The position numbers and the translations under genes were made by a program. Under the pieces are notes generated by a model that was not told the DNA's origin, ran no database searches, and saw only the letters and a list, made by a program, of their open reading frames with translations. From IMG/VR virus record IMGVR_UViG_3300029704_000004: a DNA stretch of 64,000 bases; one strand, 5' to 3'. Positions 21,001 to 31,619 of the stretch are shown here, in pieces. Within the stretch, counting starts at the first letter, position 1, and each line of letters starts with the position of its first letter. Source of the DNA: a virus.

Positions 21001-24000
21001 TTGCTCTTAATCATAGACTTATGTATATTGCTTTTAATGATATATTTGAAGGTGATACTAAGTTTTATAAAGATACTCAGACTTTCTTGAAAAGAAGTAA
21101 AGAGTCTCAAGCTAGTGGTGTTCCTTATGGTTTTGTTGATACAAGTCTTGACCTTAGAGAAAATAGCACAATAATTCAAGGAGCTTTTCTTAATACTCCT
21201 GAAGTTCAATCTAGACTTAAAGCTATCGGTCTTGATGTTCAACAAAAGACTAAGTTTAATGGTATTACTATTAAGAATACTGTTAGAACTAGTGAGGAAT
21301 GTAAAGTTGCTAAAACTTATCCAGATGGTAAAGTTGAAGGAGAAGATGGTATTCTTGTAAAAGACTTAGTAAAGAATTCTAAACTTACTCTTGAGCAAGC
21401 TAGAGATTTGATGGGCGGTCCTATTATGTATGATAATAATGGTAAGCCAAAACTTAATGCTGACGGAAGTTATAGACGTAGTGGTGGTTTTAGTAATACT
21501 ACTATTAACGATGCTCAATCTTATATTACTTTTGAAGAATGGATTCGTCGTATTGCTGGTAGAGGTCAACTTAATGATTATCTTCCTTTGATTGAAGCTA
21601 TTCAAGATGAAAGTAAAGAGATTCCTGCTGACTTATTGAAGAAGTTTGTGCAAGTACAGAAGAACTTCTACTATGACCAATATTATGATGATAAACTTAA
21701 TACTATTGCTCCTCGTCAAATTAAGAATGCTGAATTTGTTCTTGTTCCAAGATTTATTAGAGGAACTCAACTTGAACAAGTTTATGAAGCAATGAAAGCT
21801 AATAAGATTGACCAGCTTAATACTGAGGAAACTAGTAAAGCAGGTAAAGCTAGAGTACTTACTATCTTTGATGAGAAGACTGGTGAAGTTACTGAAGAGC
21901 ATCTTAAAGATTTCAACAATAAAGCTGAAGATTATCGTGAGGAATACGATTATAATCATCTTTATACTCAGCAAGAAACTCCTCAACACATGAATGCTAA
22001 GAATAAAGCTGGTATTCAGATTATGAAGAAGATACTTGATAATATTGATAGTAATAGTCCTCTTCATGCGTATAAAGAAGATTTCTTCAATATGTATGTT
22101 GCTAATATTAAAGATAGTTTTAATAAGCTTGTTGATGAATTAAAGATTTCTCTTGATGAAGATGGTAATATTAAATTTGATGAGAGTGGAAATATTACAG
22201 GAGTAGATATGCAAGTATTCTTTGATAAACTCAAAGATGAGTGTATGAGACTTGGTCTTGATAGTAATATGATGGACTTTGTTACCCTTAATGCTAGTAT
22301 GCCTATAGCTGCTAATGGTTGTCCAAATCCTGTAATGCCTACTTATCTTAGTAATGTAGTTAATAAGCTTGAGAGTATTTCCCAAGCTATGTTTAATAGT
22401 GCTATTACTCGACAAGAACTTCCTGGTTTTCATGCTGCTCAGATTACTAATGTTGGTTTTAAAGCAACTAAAGACCAAGTTAGTTATTCTAAAGAATTAA
22501 AGTATCATCCAAATGGTGAACGCTATATTGAAATAATGCTTCCTGCTAGTAATTTTGGCTTTGCTAAAAATGCTGATGGTACTTATAAAAAGAGCAAAGA
22601 AGAACTTCTTAAAGAACTTCAAGATGCTGGTCTTGATACTCTTATTGGTTATCGTATTCCAACTGAGGGTAAACAATCTGTTTGTGTAATGAAAGTAGTT
22701 GGTTTTCTTGATGATGCTCAAGGTTCTACTATTGTTGTTCCTGATGATTGGGTTTCTCAAACTGGTTCTGACTTTGATATTGACTCTGTATATGGTATTC
22801 AATATAATACTTATATTGGAAGAGATGGTAATATTAAAAGAGCTACTTGGAAAGATACTGTAACTGAAAATGATTGGCTTAATTATGTAAGAAGAGAAAC
22901 AGGTCTTAGACTTTCTGGTATCGACAATGAAAAATTTGAAAATATTAAGGCTGATGCTAAAGCTTCCACAAAAGCTGAGGCTAGAGATGCTAGAAAAGCA
23001 GAAATAGCAGAAATTAAAAATAGATTTGATGAAATTGAATCAGAAGCTTATTTTAATCTTGATGACGATACTAAAGAAGTTATTAAACTTATTCACGAAA
23101 AGATTAATGAAGCTTATGGACCAAAACCATCTAAAGCCAAGTATCAAGAACAGCTTGAAGTTGAAATATCTACTCTTACTGGTAGATTAGAAGAGTTCAA
23201 AGATATTTATATTGAAGAAGAATTAGATGCTATAAAAGATTATATTGAAGCTAAAAAACAAATTCTTAATAATGTTATAAATGGATTTGAACTATCTGAT
23301 GATTTTGATTATAATGCTATTAAATCTGAAAAGATTAAGAGTGCTATAAAAGCTTATAAAGATGAACAATTACGTTTAGCTAAACAAATTGCTAGAAGTT
23401 CTAGACTTTTACAATTTGAAGCTTATAAGAAGAAGTTTGATAGTGATGTTATTGGTAACAATACTCGTGAAGCTCGTAATAATAGACTTCTTGATGATAT
23501 GATTCATATTCTGCAAGCTAATGAATCTCTTGAAGAGAACCTTTCTCGTTCTAATTTTGAGAGTATTATTGCAGCTCGTGATAAAGTCATGAATCCAGTA
23601 GTTAAAGAAGTTCGTGAAGCTAGAAGTCCTTATGACTTTCTTGACCAAGCTGCTTATCAAGAAGATGTAATGAGTGGTGCTAAACTTAAAGCGTTTAGTG
23701 TTACTAGAGATACTTTCTGTTCTGTATGTAATACAGTTCATCCTCATATTACAGATAAATATACTATTAAAGTTGCATATAGTAAAGATAAGTATAATCT
23801 TGAAGAACTTCAAAAGAGATTTGAGAAAGTAGAAGAAACTGATGAAGGTTATGTTGTTACACATAATACTCTTGGTTGGACAAATGATAATAAAAATGTA
23901 GATGGTTATATTCTTACTGCATACAGTTCTCAGACTACTGCTCATATTCTTGATGCTGTTAAGGAAGGTGCTATTCCAAATGTAAATGATTTTACTTTTG

Positions 24001-27000
24001 CAGTATATAAAACTCTTGCTGATATTGGTAGTAATTATGATACTGCTGTAGGTTTTATTATGCAACCTGCTATTACAAAAATTGTAAATGCTTATAATGC
24101 TAATAAATCTATTTATTCAGATAAACATAATAAACCAATAGAAGAAGCTATTAGGTCATTAGGCAAAGAGATTCTTAATACTTATCATATTAATACTGAT
24201 AAAATGAATCTTGGTGAAATAGTTGCTAGAGTTAATGGATTACTTGGTACTAAGTATAGTTTAGATAAACATAATGATATTATTTTATCGCCTGATGAGT
24301 TAGCAAAGAGATTGCTTAATGATAAAAACCGCCCCGTAAAAGTAAGTATATATCAACATGATTGGGGTGTTCTTTTTGCTTATAATGATTTAGCTAAACT
24401 TTCTGATAAAATTGGTTCTACTGCAAGGGTTTGTAATCCTGATAGATTTGGTGCTAAACAAAGTATTTTCGCTACTCGTAAAGTATTTAATGATATTGCA
24501 GATTTAATTGAAGATGAAAATCCAGCTTTAGTTGTTGGAACTTCTTCTATTGTTAATAGTATCTATGCAGGTTATGACCCTACTAAAGGTTTAAGAAGCT
24601 ATATTACTAGTAATGCTAAAAGTGCATATCCTAGTCTTAATGCTTTCTTAAAATATGCTAGTGCTCCTTCTATTCTTGTAAATAGAATGTTGTTTGATAC
24701 AGAACAAGATAATTTTAGAATAGCTAATAGAGCTATTGAAGTTATAAACGGTAGTAATAATGTTACTGAGAAAGATTATAAAGGTTTTACTCAGTATATT
24801 CTTAATGCTGCTTATAAACAAACAGATGCTGTTGTAAACAACTATACTTATGATGTAGAGAAGAAACAAACTATAGTAAATAAAGAATTTGATGAAACGG
24901 ATGAAGCTCTCAGAATTATGGGTTATGGTTGTACTCCTGATTTTACTTTTAATGTTAAAGATGTAACTAATCCTACACAAGAAGAAGTAAATGCTTGGAG
25001 TAAACTTAGTCCTGCTCAAAAAATTAGTTGGCTTAAATCTAATAGTGTTGATGCTGGTATATTCAATTATATAAATACTAATTTATTTAATGAATATGAA
25101 ATGAATAGAGATGGTCAAAGTCGTCAAACTATTCGTTTTAACGAAGATGCCGTTGATAATGAAACTGCTTATAATCTTTTTGATACTGCATTTAGTTCAG
25201 ATAATCCATTAGTTAAACTTGCTGCTATGGATATGGTTAAGTATGCTTTTGTCGCAGAAGGTTTTAAAATAGGTAGAGGTGCTATTAATAAATGTATTAA
25301 AAATACTGCTCTTCGTGATGAAAACACTTTTGTTCAATTTAATGGTGCTAGAACTAGTATTATTGCTCAAATTAAAGCTCAAGTAGATAATGCAGTTTCT
25401 AGAACTGATTTAGTTGAACAATATCTTAGAAGTGACCCAGGAGTTAGTAATGTTCCTCATAAATTTATGAATAAAAAATATAGTTCTATGTTCGAAACTG
25501 TAACTAGAGGAATGTACGAATTTAGTTTGGACGATAAAGATAATGCTATCGAATTTGGATTTGCTAGAGAAAGTAATGCAGAGTTCGTTCCAATACAATT
25601 TAATAATTATATTTATATTACTAAAAAAGAAGGTAACGAAAGCGTTACTAGACTATATAAAATTGTTTCTCCTGACCTTGGTTCTGGTATAGGTTTTGCT
25701 TATCCATTAAATGGTTTGGAAGCTGGTGAAGATAGAGAAGTTAGTATTAATAATGCTAATAATAGTGTTCCTCTTCCAAGTTATTATGAAGCAGTTATTG
25801 ATAACTTGATGAACAGTGAAGTTGCTGATTATACATTAGATGAATTAAATGAATTGTATAAGAAGCATGTTGCTACAACAAAAGTCAATAAAGTCAAAGC
25901 TGTTACACATTTTGATATAATGTCAGATGCTAATAATGATAATGGTGGAGCTAAAGATGCTATTAATAAGATTATTAAAACTTTCAACAATTATGAAGGT
26001 AATAGAATCTTTATTCAAAATATGTATCTTTATGGTAAAACTAAATATGATTCATTTACTCCTCCTATTCATGTTGAAGGTGAAACTATTTCTAATGGTG
26101 GTGAACCTATTAGTATTAATGGAAACTTCTTATTTAGACGTGCTACTAAAGTAAGTATTGAAAGTCATAATATTCGTACAGGAGAACATATTGAGGAAAA
26201 ACCTCAACTTGTTGAAATAGTTAGGGAAACTCCTATGGCTAGTTCTCGTGAAGAGGTAACTCTTGGTTCTGCAAGTTCTAAACTTGAACAAAGTCTTAGA
26301 ACTACAACTGATTCTTTTGAAAAGAATATAGTAAAAGAACTTAATCGTAGAAGTGGTCTTGGAGATATAGAAGCTGGAAAACTTATGCGTCAACTTCGTG
26401 GAGAAGGATTTGAACAAAGTACTAAAGGCTATAAAGAGTTTAAAGATAGCGTATTCTATAGTGGTTATGCTTATCTTAAACATAAAGTTAATAGTACTCT
26501 TGGAAAGTTTAGTCAATTCTACAGAGATGAAAATGGTAATTACTTTGCTATCAATAGTCCTGAAGTAATCAATGTTATTAAGAATAATCCTGCTTTACAA
26601 AGACAGTTCCTTGAAACACTTGCTGATGCTAATGCTATTGTTGATAAATTTGGAATTATTAATCAGATTAAAGCTGATGAAATTGAGAATCCTACTTTGA
26701 AATTCTACATTGATGAAATGCAGAAGATGATTAAGGAACTCAGTAATAGTTCTATTATTGATGATGCAGAAGTTAAGTTTGGACTTGATTATCTTCAGAA
26801 ACTTAGTAATGACCCTAATATTCAAAATGGTCTTATTAGTATATACGATGGTTTCCATTCTAGTGGTTGGCTTGATGCTTGGTTTGGTGATTTACAAGAA
26901 CAAGGTAACAGTCTTGTTCAAGTAGTTACTAGAAAAGTAATGGCTGATATTCGTGCTAAAGAAAGTCAAGCAAAAGATTTTGCTGTAGCTTTTGGAAAAC

Positions 27001-30000
27001 ATTTTGAAGACATTAAAGCTAGAGCTGCTAAAGTTGGTGTTTCAGTTGACATCAATAAGATATTTGATAAGAACGGAAATATAGTTCGTAATTATACAGA
27101 TAAATTTGTTGAAGATATTAAAGAACTTAAACGTAATGTAGCTAAAGCTAGAGTTAATGTTCAAGAGAATCCAATGGAATATATTCAAGCTAAACATAAA
27201 CTTGATAAGTTCCTTCTTGACCACGTTAATCGTGAATATGTTGATAGTTATTATCAGAAGCTTTATGATGAAGATGAATTTATTATTAATAATCATCCTC
27301 AAATTTATTCTGAGTATGTAAAACTTCGAGAAGCTATTAGACAGATTAATAGTCGTAGAATTGATGGCGTTTTAAGTAAAGAGTTTGAAGATAAACTTGT
27401 CGAACTCAGAACTAAGATTAATGATTTAACTAGTCAATTTATTGGTAATGAGTATAAGCCAGCTTACGAATATGGTTTTCCTGGTACTGAACAAGCTCCT
27501 GATGGTAGCATTATTGTAACTAATCAAGAAGTTTATGATAATGCTCGTAAACAGTCTCTTAATGATGCCGTTCAATTAGACCAATATCTTAGAAGAATTA
27601 AAGATATTAAGGAAGAATATACTGCTAAAGAGGAGAAAGAGGGTTTCCATGATATGCTTGATAAAATGCTTAATATTATTGATAATGCTGAAGTTAGAGA
27701 TTCTAACGGTAAAGTCACTACTCCAGCTAGTCAGCTTGACACTAATAAAGAGTATAAGAAAGCTAAAGAATGGATTGCTAATAATGCTCATTGGTCAGTA
27801 GATGATGTTCTTAAAGTTAGAATTGAAGATGCTTATAAAAAACTTGGTATTACTAATTTCAAAGCTTCTAAAGCTAGAGCATTTATTAAAGATAAACTAG
27901 CTAAAGGTGAACAGATTTATGATGAGTTTGGTAATATTGATGCTAGTAAGTTTACTAATACAGAGATTGCTGCAATTAAAGAAGACGTAGAACGTAATTA
28001 TGGTACAACTAATACCTCTTTATTCTCTGATAGAAATCTTATAAATTCAGCTGAACCAACTAATGAAGCTGCTCCTAGTGAGTTCTTTAAAATGCTTAAT
28101 AGTGGCGGTATGACTAATCCTGAGTATCAAGAGATTATCACTAAGATTAATAATATTACTCGTAAATATTATAATAGTGCTGCTAAAATAGTTGAAACTT
28201 CTAAGATGAGTATCGAAGATTTGAAATCTCTTGGAGACCTTTACGATGAATTAGATAAAACTAAGAAACATAAAGGAAAAGGCAGTTACGATGCTTATCA
28301 AGCATATAGTAAATATGCTAAAGAAAATGTAAACGAACAAGCTTATTATTCTGAAGAAGATGAAGCTAAGAAGCGAACTGAACCAGAGTTCTATACTTTA
28401 TGGAAGCGAGTTAATGCTAGATATGAAGTTCTTAGAGATAAGAAAGGTAAAATAGTTATTGATGAAACAACTGGTAAAGCTGTTTATGATTTAACTAAAG
28501 CACCAACACCTAATCATTGGCTTTATACTACTATTGCTCCTAATGATGCTTATTGGGAAGATTTAAACAAACGTGACCCTAAAGAAGCAGCCAGACAAAA
28601 GAAAGAAGTTGAGGATAAAACTAAAGCTCAAGAGTTCCTTAGTAATACTCTTGAAACTATTAATACTCCTCAATATTATAAAGCTAAAAATGCTGCTCTT
28701 GCAAAAGGTATCGCTTATTATAAAGAATGGTATAATAACAATCATGTTTACAATCCATTTACTCATGCTTACGAAGCTCTTCCTATTTGGAATAGAACAA
28801 GAGTTATTCCTAGTATAGATAATGGTGAGTATTCTCCTAATTGGACTCAGACTACTCTTACTCCTAAAGCTCATTATAAGAATCCAAATTATATTGAAGG
28901 CTATACAGATAATGAAAATTATAAAACTGTTGAAACTGATGATAAAAATGGAACTACTCATGTTCCTGGTTATGATAATAATTTAGGACTTAATGAGTAC
29001 GAGCAAGAAGCTAAACAATATATTCAAGATACTCTCATGAGTTTTGCTAAAACTGAAACTGCAAAGAGAGCTATTGCTAGTGGAATGGCTCCTCATAGAG
29101 CTAAGAAAGCAGAACATGACGCTAAATGGGCTGCAAAGCAAGCTAAAGAGTTTATTGGATTTAGTGATATGCTTCCTAGCGGTAAAGATAGTTGGTATGA
29201 GAAGATTGATTACTCTGAAGATAGAACTATCGATATGCCTATGCTAATGACTCAACTTAAAAATAAGGAGAGTGTTGACTTGGATAATATTCGTAGTACT
29301 AAACCGAAGAGAGAAACTTATGCTAGTGATGAAGCTTATGAAAAAGATTTAGAAGCTTATCAAAAACGTATTGATGAAGCAATTAAGAAAAACGAAGAAA
29401 TACATCAAAAACTTCTTGATAGAGATTATATTGGTGCTATTCAAGATTTCATTAGTGCTGCCGGACATTATAATGCTATTCAAGACAATAAACAATTATT
29501 GTTCTATACACATAGAATGTTAGGTAAGATGAAAGCTTATGATACTAATCTTGGTTGGAATAACTTACGTAAAGATAGTCAAACTAGTACAAGTGATGAA
29601 ACTTCTTATATTGAGAAAGTTGATACTCGTCTTCAAGAACAATTTGATAACTGGGTTCGTAGATTAGTTTATGACCAATATAAAATTCCTCAGAATAAGT
29701 TAACTAGAACTGCTAGTATGCTTCAAAGTTTTACTAGTGCTAAATTTATGATGTTAAACATTACGGGTGGTATTGGTAACATAACTGTTGGTGAATCTGC
29801 TATTGCTGGAGAATATATAGCTAAAGAGTACTTCACTCCTACAGGTTGGTTAAAAGGAAAGAACATGTGGAGACATGCTATTCCAAGCTTTATTAGAGGT
29901 ATGGCTAACGAAGATAGTACAACACTTGCTGATGCTCTTGTTAAGTTTATGAATATTGTTGACTTTGATGAAGTTAATAATAGACCTACAGTACATCTTG

Positions 30001-31424
30001 ATGCTGATACTGTTCTTAATAAGATTAGAGACTTTATGTATAGTCCTAATAGTATGGGTGAGCATTTCATGCAGAATGGTGCTATGTTTAGTATGTTCTT
30101 TGATAATAGAATGGTTAAAGTTCCAGACGCTGAAAGTAATGGAAGACTTGGTTATGAAGCTATGACTTGGGAACAATATAAAAATAAGTTCCACGAATAT
30201 GCTATGAGAAATATTATTGGAGGTAATGAAGAACTTCTTAATAAATATGAAACATTTAAAAAGGATATTCTTGCTGACGATAATAAAAAGAAAGAGTATG
30301 TTTGGAATCGTAGAGATATTAATACTGAGTTTGCTAATCTGTATCTTACAAAGGAACAGAAGAAACAATTTATCACTGAAAAAAAGAAGCTTGAGAAAGA
30401 AGCTAAAGTTAAGTTTGAAGAACTTCCTACAGTAATGGACCAAGTTGACCTTAAAGATGGAAGACTTGCTTTTAAAGAAGGAAGTATTCTTGCTGAACTT
30501 CAAGCTAAATCTAAAGATAAAGAAGTAGGTGATGGTTATATGTTCCTTGGATATATGAAAGGCAAAGTTATTTCAGTTAATAAGAAGATTCACGGAGTAT
30601 ATGATAAACTTGGTGCTGCTCAACTCGAAAAACAATGGTGGGGTTCATTAGCTATGCAGTATCATAAACATATTTATCCTGGAGTTATGAAACATTATCG
30701 TAGAAAAGGTTATTTCAATGAAGAAAGAGGAACTAAAGAAATAGGTTGTGCTCCTGCTTTATTTGATTTCCTTACTACTCCTATCAGAAAACTTAGATAC
30801 GAAAAAGAAATGTCTGATGGTCAAGTAGAAGTATTGGAAAGTCTTCAGGTACTTCTTAAAGGTTATGCTGAGTTTGCAATGAATTTACAAACTAATTGGC
30901 AGTTAATGCCGAAATGGCAAAGAGCAAGTATTGAACGTGCTGCTGGTGATGTAGTTGGTGCTCTTGGTGGCATTTGTACTGCTCTTGCTGTTCGTTGTAT
31001 TTGGGACGATGATGATTTAAAAAATAGTCTTTGGGGTAATCTTATGCTTTATGAAGCTGATGAGTTAACTACTCAGTCAATGATGTATAATATGTTGTTC
31101 TTACCACAACAGTTTGACCAATTATGGTCTAGTCCTATTGCAGGTGTAACTGCTGGTAAAGATATAATGGCTGCTTGTAATAATATCGCTGCTTATGTAA
31201 TGGATGACGATTATGACCCTAATTATACTAGCGGTCGTTATGCAGGTCAAAACAAGATTATTGTTAAACTTGGTCGTCAAATTCCAATTTACAGAAGTCT
31301 TAATAACCTTGCTACTCTTGATAAAGCTAATAGTTATTATAAGACTGGTGATAATCTTCTTACTTTGATTAATGTAAAAGATTGGGCTAATGATATTAGA
31401 GGTACTAGTAGTCTAGAACGTTAA
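18015..31424 (+). CDS. giant virion-packaged RNA polymerase-like protein (crAss-type, DxDxD catalytic motif)
   Basis: 4469-aa uninterrupted ORF. SQTGSDFDIDSVYG carries DFDID (22770..22784, about residue 1586), the metal-binding DxDxD signature of double-psi beta-barrel RNA polymerases. Such a signature is established for the virion RNAP of crAss-like phage phi14:2. The gene's position after the HExxH giant protein fits crAss-like genomes. Confidence 0.65.
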   Translation: MANNCSLKFNETKVYTNLKAEVGNDDVLFNSLMSAVIDGSRPSGFNKEFETYYANNYGSIPNTNDESKEVATAIQNFYKNRNFNVNEHTTDSAFISDVKSKGYTSTAAKTCGIRTTGNLMLAFYHNDLIKGRLEEHAEDRKDNLANRVINRMLGAVATNILEARKVEATKEEIAKVRKQLMNTKSNDFVKLEDEVSKTTPQLRNQFATLKDMLSDKVKYFTQVIQTDDRLGEIRFKKDDDLSQQEADWSESFDIEDDDDLNLNNAADNASNNEKDTTTARWEDNGTKSDFMKDFSFAVRSYLSTIPKLSSTEVSADGKYQYDKSNPLGMVDYMDFKVVNSAIRGDIETTNIDAFLKKLEDIAKSNKEYAGLAYLANDLKKKPDFAYKLFQVYRRRTIRKQQVRIDDNSVSPTRSNNRADKLETLRINYLNDIKSTALNIMIEDTNDILGAIKTKIDDYKTLQKTKGFDLNKQALSADIINAIASRLKQYYPSLDKAAIERFARLNGKVDGKTPNIANNLTQLYGYLENTAKYANETLNNKRNLDNRFKEANKIKDKKAKKEALDSVREAYKQGYLSTNTKAYALELAKSLAPYSVVNIDSNSTNALGNQSADQINDSMITNFLNAVKATLTEQQKDGSKVSTELINYGKYKFQGVQYNLSGILMEHRDENGAVINYGLFYKDKDGNIQITNYARDMVNISLFDGAGNPNTKDNVLYSGMSKGDYVYTGFAQYFNTEQNPKMLMGDYFMRIPSDAPKNFVVHAPRYKVDGLFSKMHAIKNAKGEVIAKEVSVDDINENHPIVQQFRNIFKQELLDMVNFINIVFEVKENTETLEDGTVVDQRGRIVFNNDNTPMFKKGWGLDAESARRVFANYHIGKGHKHFIEKKGDGWAFNGLLFKDDRFVLTDYKTGTTTKYGDDLLKYLFPSLYGGARDGFIPFTTNANGEVELNLTADQEAMITRMVKGFVTDYSNNAITRMSEYKDLDINNLINEKNSIDFALNHRLMYIAFNDIFEGDTKFYKDTQTFLKRSKESQASGVPYGFVDTSLDLRENSTIIQGAFLNTPEVQSRLKAIGLDVQQKTKFNGITIKNTVRTSEECKVAKTYPDGKVEGEDGILVKDLVKNSKLTLEQARDLMGGPIMYDNNGKPKLNADGSYRRSGGFSNTTINDAQSYITFEEWIRRIAGRGQLNDYLPLIEAIQDESKEIPADLLKKFVQVQKNFYYDQYYDDKLNTIAPRQIKNAEFVLVPRFIRGTQLEQVYEAMKANKIDQLNTEETSKAGKARVLTIFDEKTGEVTEEHLKDFNNKAEDYREEYDYNHLYTQQETPQHMNAKNKAGIQIMKKILDNIDSNSPLHAYKEDFFNMYVANIKDSFNKLVDELKISLDEDGNIKFDESGNITGVDMQVFFDKLKDECMRLGLDSNMMDFVTLNASMPIAANGCPNPVMPTYLSNVVNKLESISQAMFNSAITRQELPGFHAAQITNVGFKATKDQVSYSKELKYHPNGERYIEIMLPASNFGFAKNADGTYKKSKEELLKELQDAGLDTLIGYRIPTEGKQSVCVMKVVGFLDDAQGSTIVVPDDWVSQTGSDFDIDSVYGIQYNTYIGRDGNIKRATWKDTVTENDWLNYVRRETGLRLSGIDNEKFENIKADAKASTKAEARDARKAEIAEIKNRFDEIESEAYFNLDDDTKEVIKLIHEKINEAYGPKPSKAKYQEQLEVEISTLTGRLEEFKDIYIEEELDAIKDYIEAKKQILNNVINGFELSDDFDYNAIKSEKIKSAIKAYKDEQLRLAKQIARSSRLLQFEAYKKKFDSDVIGNNTREARNNRLLDDMIHILQANESLEENLSRSNFESIIAARDKVMNPVVKEVREARSPYDFLDQAAYQEDVMSGAKLKAFSVTRDTFCSVCNTVHPHITDKYTIKVAYSKDKYNLEELQKRFEKVEETDEGYVVTHNTLGWTNDNKNVDGYILTAYSSQTTAHILDAVKEGAIPNVNDFTFAVYKTLADIGSNYDTAVGFIMQPAITKIVNAYNANKSIYSDKHNKPIEEAIRSLGKEILNTYHINTDKMNLGEIVARVNGLLGTKYSLDKHNDIILSPDELAKRLLNDKNRPVKVSIYQHDWGVLFAYNDLAKLSDKIGSTARVCNPDRFGAKQSIFATRKVFNDIADLIEDENPALVVGTSSIVNSIYAGYDPTKGLRSYITSNAKSAYPSLNAFLKYASAPSILVNRMLFDTEQDNFRIANRAIEVINGSNNVTEKDYKGFTQYILNAAYKQTDAVVNNYTYDVEKKQTIVNKEFDETDEALRIMGYGCTPDFTFNVKDVTNPTQEEVNAWSKLSPAQKISWLKSNSVDAGIFNYINTNLFNEYEMNRDGQSRQTIRFNEDAVDNETAYNLFDTAFSSDNPLVKLAAMDMVKYAFVAEGFKIGRGAINKCIKNTALRDENTFVQFNGARTSIIAQIKAQVDNAVSRTDLVEQYLRSDPGVSNVPHKFMNKKYSSMFETVTRGMYEFSLDDKDNAIEFGFARESNAEFVPIQFNNYIYITKKEGNESVTRLYKIVSPDLGSGIGFAYPLNGLEAGEDREVSINNANNSVPLPSYYEAVIDNLMNSEVADYTLDELNELYKKHVATTKVNKVKAVTHFDIMSDANNDNGGAKDAINKIIKTFNNYEGNRIFIQNMYLYGKTKYDSFTPPIHVEGETISNGGEPISINGNFLFRRATKVSIESHNIRTGEHIEEKPQLVEIVRETPMASSREEVTLGSASSKLEQSLRTTTDSFEKNIVKELNRRSGLGDIEAGKLMRQLRGEGFEQSTKGYKEFKDSVFYSGYAYLKHKVNSTLGKFSQFYRDENGNYFAINSPEVINVIKNNPALQRQFLETLADANAIVDKFGIINQIKADEIENPTLKFYIDEMQKMIKELSNSSIIDDAEVKFGLDYLQKLSNDPNIQNGLISIYDGFHSSGWLDAWFGDLQEQGNSLVQVVTRKVMADIRAKESQAKDFAVAFGKHFEDIKARAAKVGVSVDINKIFDKNGNIVRNYTDKFVEDIKELKRNVAKARVNVQENPMEYIQAKHKLDKFLLDHVNREYVDSYYQKLYDEDEFIINNHPQIYSEYVKLREAIRQINSRRIDGVLSKEFEDKLVELRTKINDLTSQFIGNEYKPAYEYGFPGTEQAPDGSIIVTNQEVYDNARKQSLNDAVQLDQYLRRIKDIKEEYTAKEEKEGFHDMLDKMLNIIDNAEVRDSNGKVTTPASQLDTNKEYKKAKEWIANNAHWSVDDVLKVRIEDAYKKLGITNFKASKARAFIKDKLAKGEQIYDEFGNIDASKFTNTEIAAIKEDVERNYGTTNTSLFSDRNLINSAEPTNEAAPSEFFKMLNSGGMTNPEYQEIITKINNITRKYYNSAAKIVETSKMSIEDLKSLGDLYDELDKTKKHKGKGSYDAYQAYSKYAKENVNEQAYYSEEDEAKKRTEPEFYTLWKRVNARYEVLRDKKGKIVIDETTGKAVYDLTKAPTPNHWLYTTIAPNDAYWEDLNKRDPKEAARQKKEVEDKTKAQEFLSNTLETINTPQYYKAKNAALAKGIAYYKEWYNNNHVYNPFTHAYEALPIWNRTRVIPSIDNGEYSPNWTQTTLTPKAHYKNPNYIEGYTDNENYKTVETDDKNGTTHVPGYDNNLGLNEYEQEAKQYIQDTLMSFAKTETAKRAIASGMAPHRAKKAEHDAKWAAKQAKEFIGFSDMLPSGKDSWYEKIDYSEDRTIDMPMLMTQLKNKESVDLDNIRSTKPKRETYASDEAYEKDLEAYQKRIDEAIKKNEEIHQKLLDRDYIGAIQDFISAAGHYNAIQDNKQLLFYTHRMLGKMKAYDTNLGWNNLRKDSQTSTSDETSYIEKVDTRLQEQFDNWVRRLVYDQYKIPQNKLTRTASMLQSFTSAKFMMLNITGGIGNITVGESAIAGEYIAKEYFTPTGWLKGKNMWRHAIPSFIRGMANEDSTTLADALVKFMNIVDFDEVNNRPTVHLDADTVLNKIRDFMYSPNSMGEHFMQNGAMFSMFFDNRMVKVPDAESNGRLGYEAMTWEQYKNKFHEYAMRNIIGGNEELLNKYETFKKDILADDNKKKEYVWNRRDINTEFANLYLTKEQKKQFITEKKKLEKEAKVKFEELPTVMDQVDLKDGRLAFKEGSILAELQAKSKDKEVGDGYMFLGYMKGKVISVNKKIHGVYDKLGAAQLEKQWWGSLAMQYHKHIYPGVMKHYRRKGYFNEERGTKEIGCAPALFDFLTTPIRKLRYEKEMSDGQVEVLESLQVLLKGYAEFAMNLQTNWQLMPKWQRASIERAAGDVVGALGGICTALAVRCIWDDDDLKNSLWGNLMLYEADELTTQSMMYNMLFLPQQFDQLWSSPIAGVTAGKDIMAACNNIAAYVMDDDYDPNYTSGRYAGQNKIIVKLGRQIPIYRSLNNLATLDKANSYYKTGDNLLTLINVKDWANDIRGTSSLER
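20784..20808 (+). repeat. GC-rich dispersed word, forward copy 5
   Basis: CCTTCTCTTTACGGGGGGGCTAGAG; in CDS 18015..31424, read as PSLYGGARD, the third frame. Confidence 0.8.
24327..24349 (-). repeat. GC-rich dispersed word, reverse copy 6
   Basis: AACCGCCCCGTAAAAGTAAGTAT; in CDS 18015..31424, read as NRPVKVS. Confidence 0.8.
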
Positions 31425-31438
31425 ACATTAAATGGTTA

Positions 31439-31465
31439 TAGCCGCCCCGTAAAAGGAATGTATGG
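31439..31465 (-). repeat. GC-rich dispersed word, reverse copy 7 (intergenic)
   Basis: TAGCCGCCCCGTAAAAGGAATGTATGG; lies 15 nt after the stop of the 4469-aa gene. Confidence 0.85.
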
Positions 31466-31506
31466 TTCATAAGCATTAAATAAGTTTAATCGTAGTAAAT
31501 TAATTG

Positions 31507-31565
31507 CCTTCAACTGTTGGAGATATAAATATTATTTGTATCTTTGCATCAGTTGAAGGTTTTCT
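31507..31565 (+). terminator. long-loop hairpin plus T-tract; candidate terminator of the + strand virion block
   Basis: 10-bp stem CCTTCAACTG / CAGTTGAAGG with a 33-nt loop, followed by TTTTCTT. The loop carries TATCTTTG (31539..31546), a possible -7 box upstream of the tRNA. Confidence 0.4.
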
Positions 31566-31619
31566 TGTTCTAAGCAAAATGGTTTTAAAGTTTTAATTAA
31601 AATGTATGCGAAACTTTAT

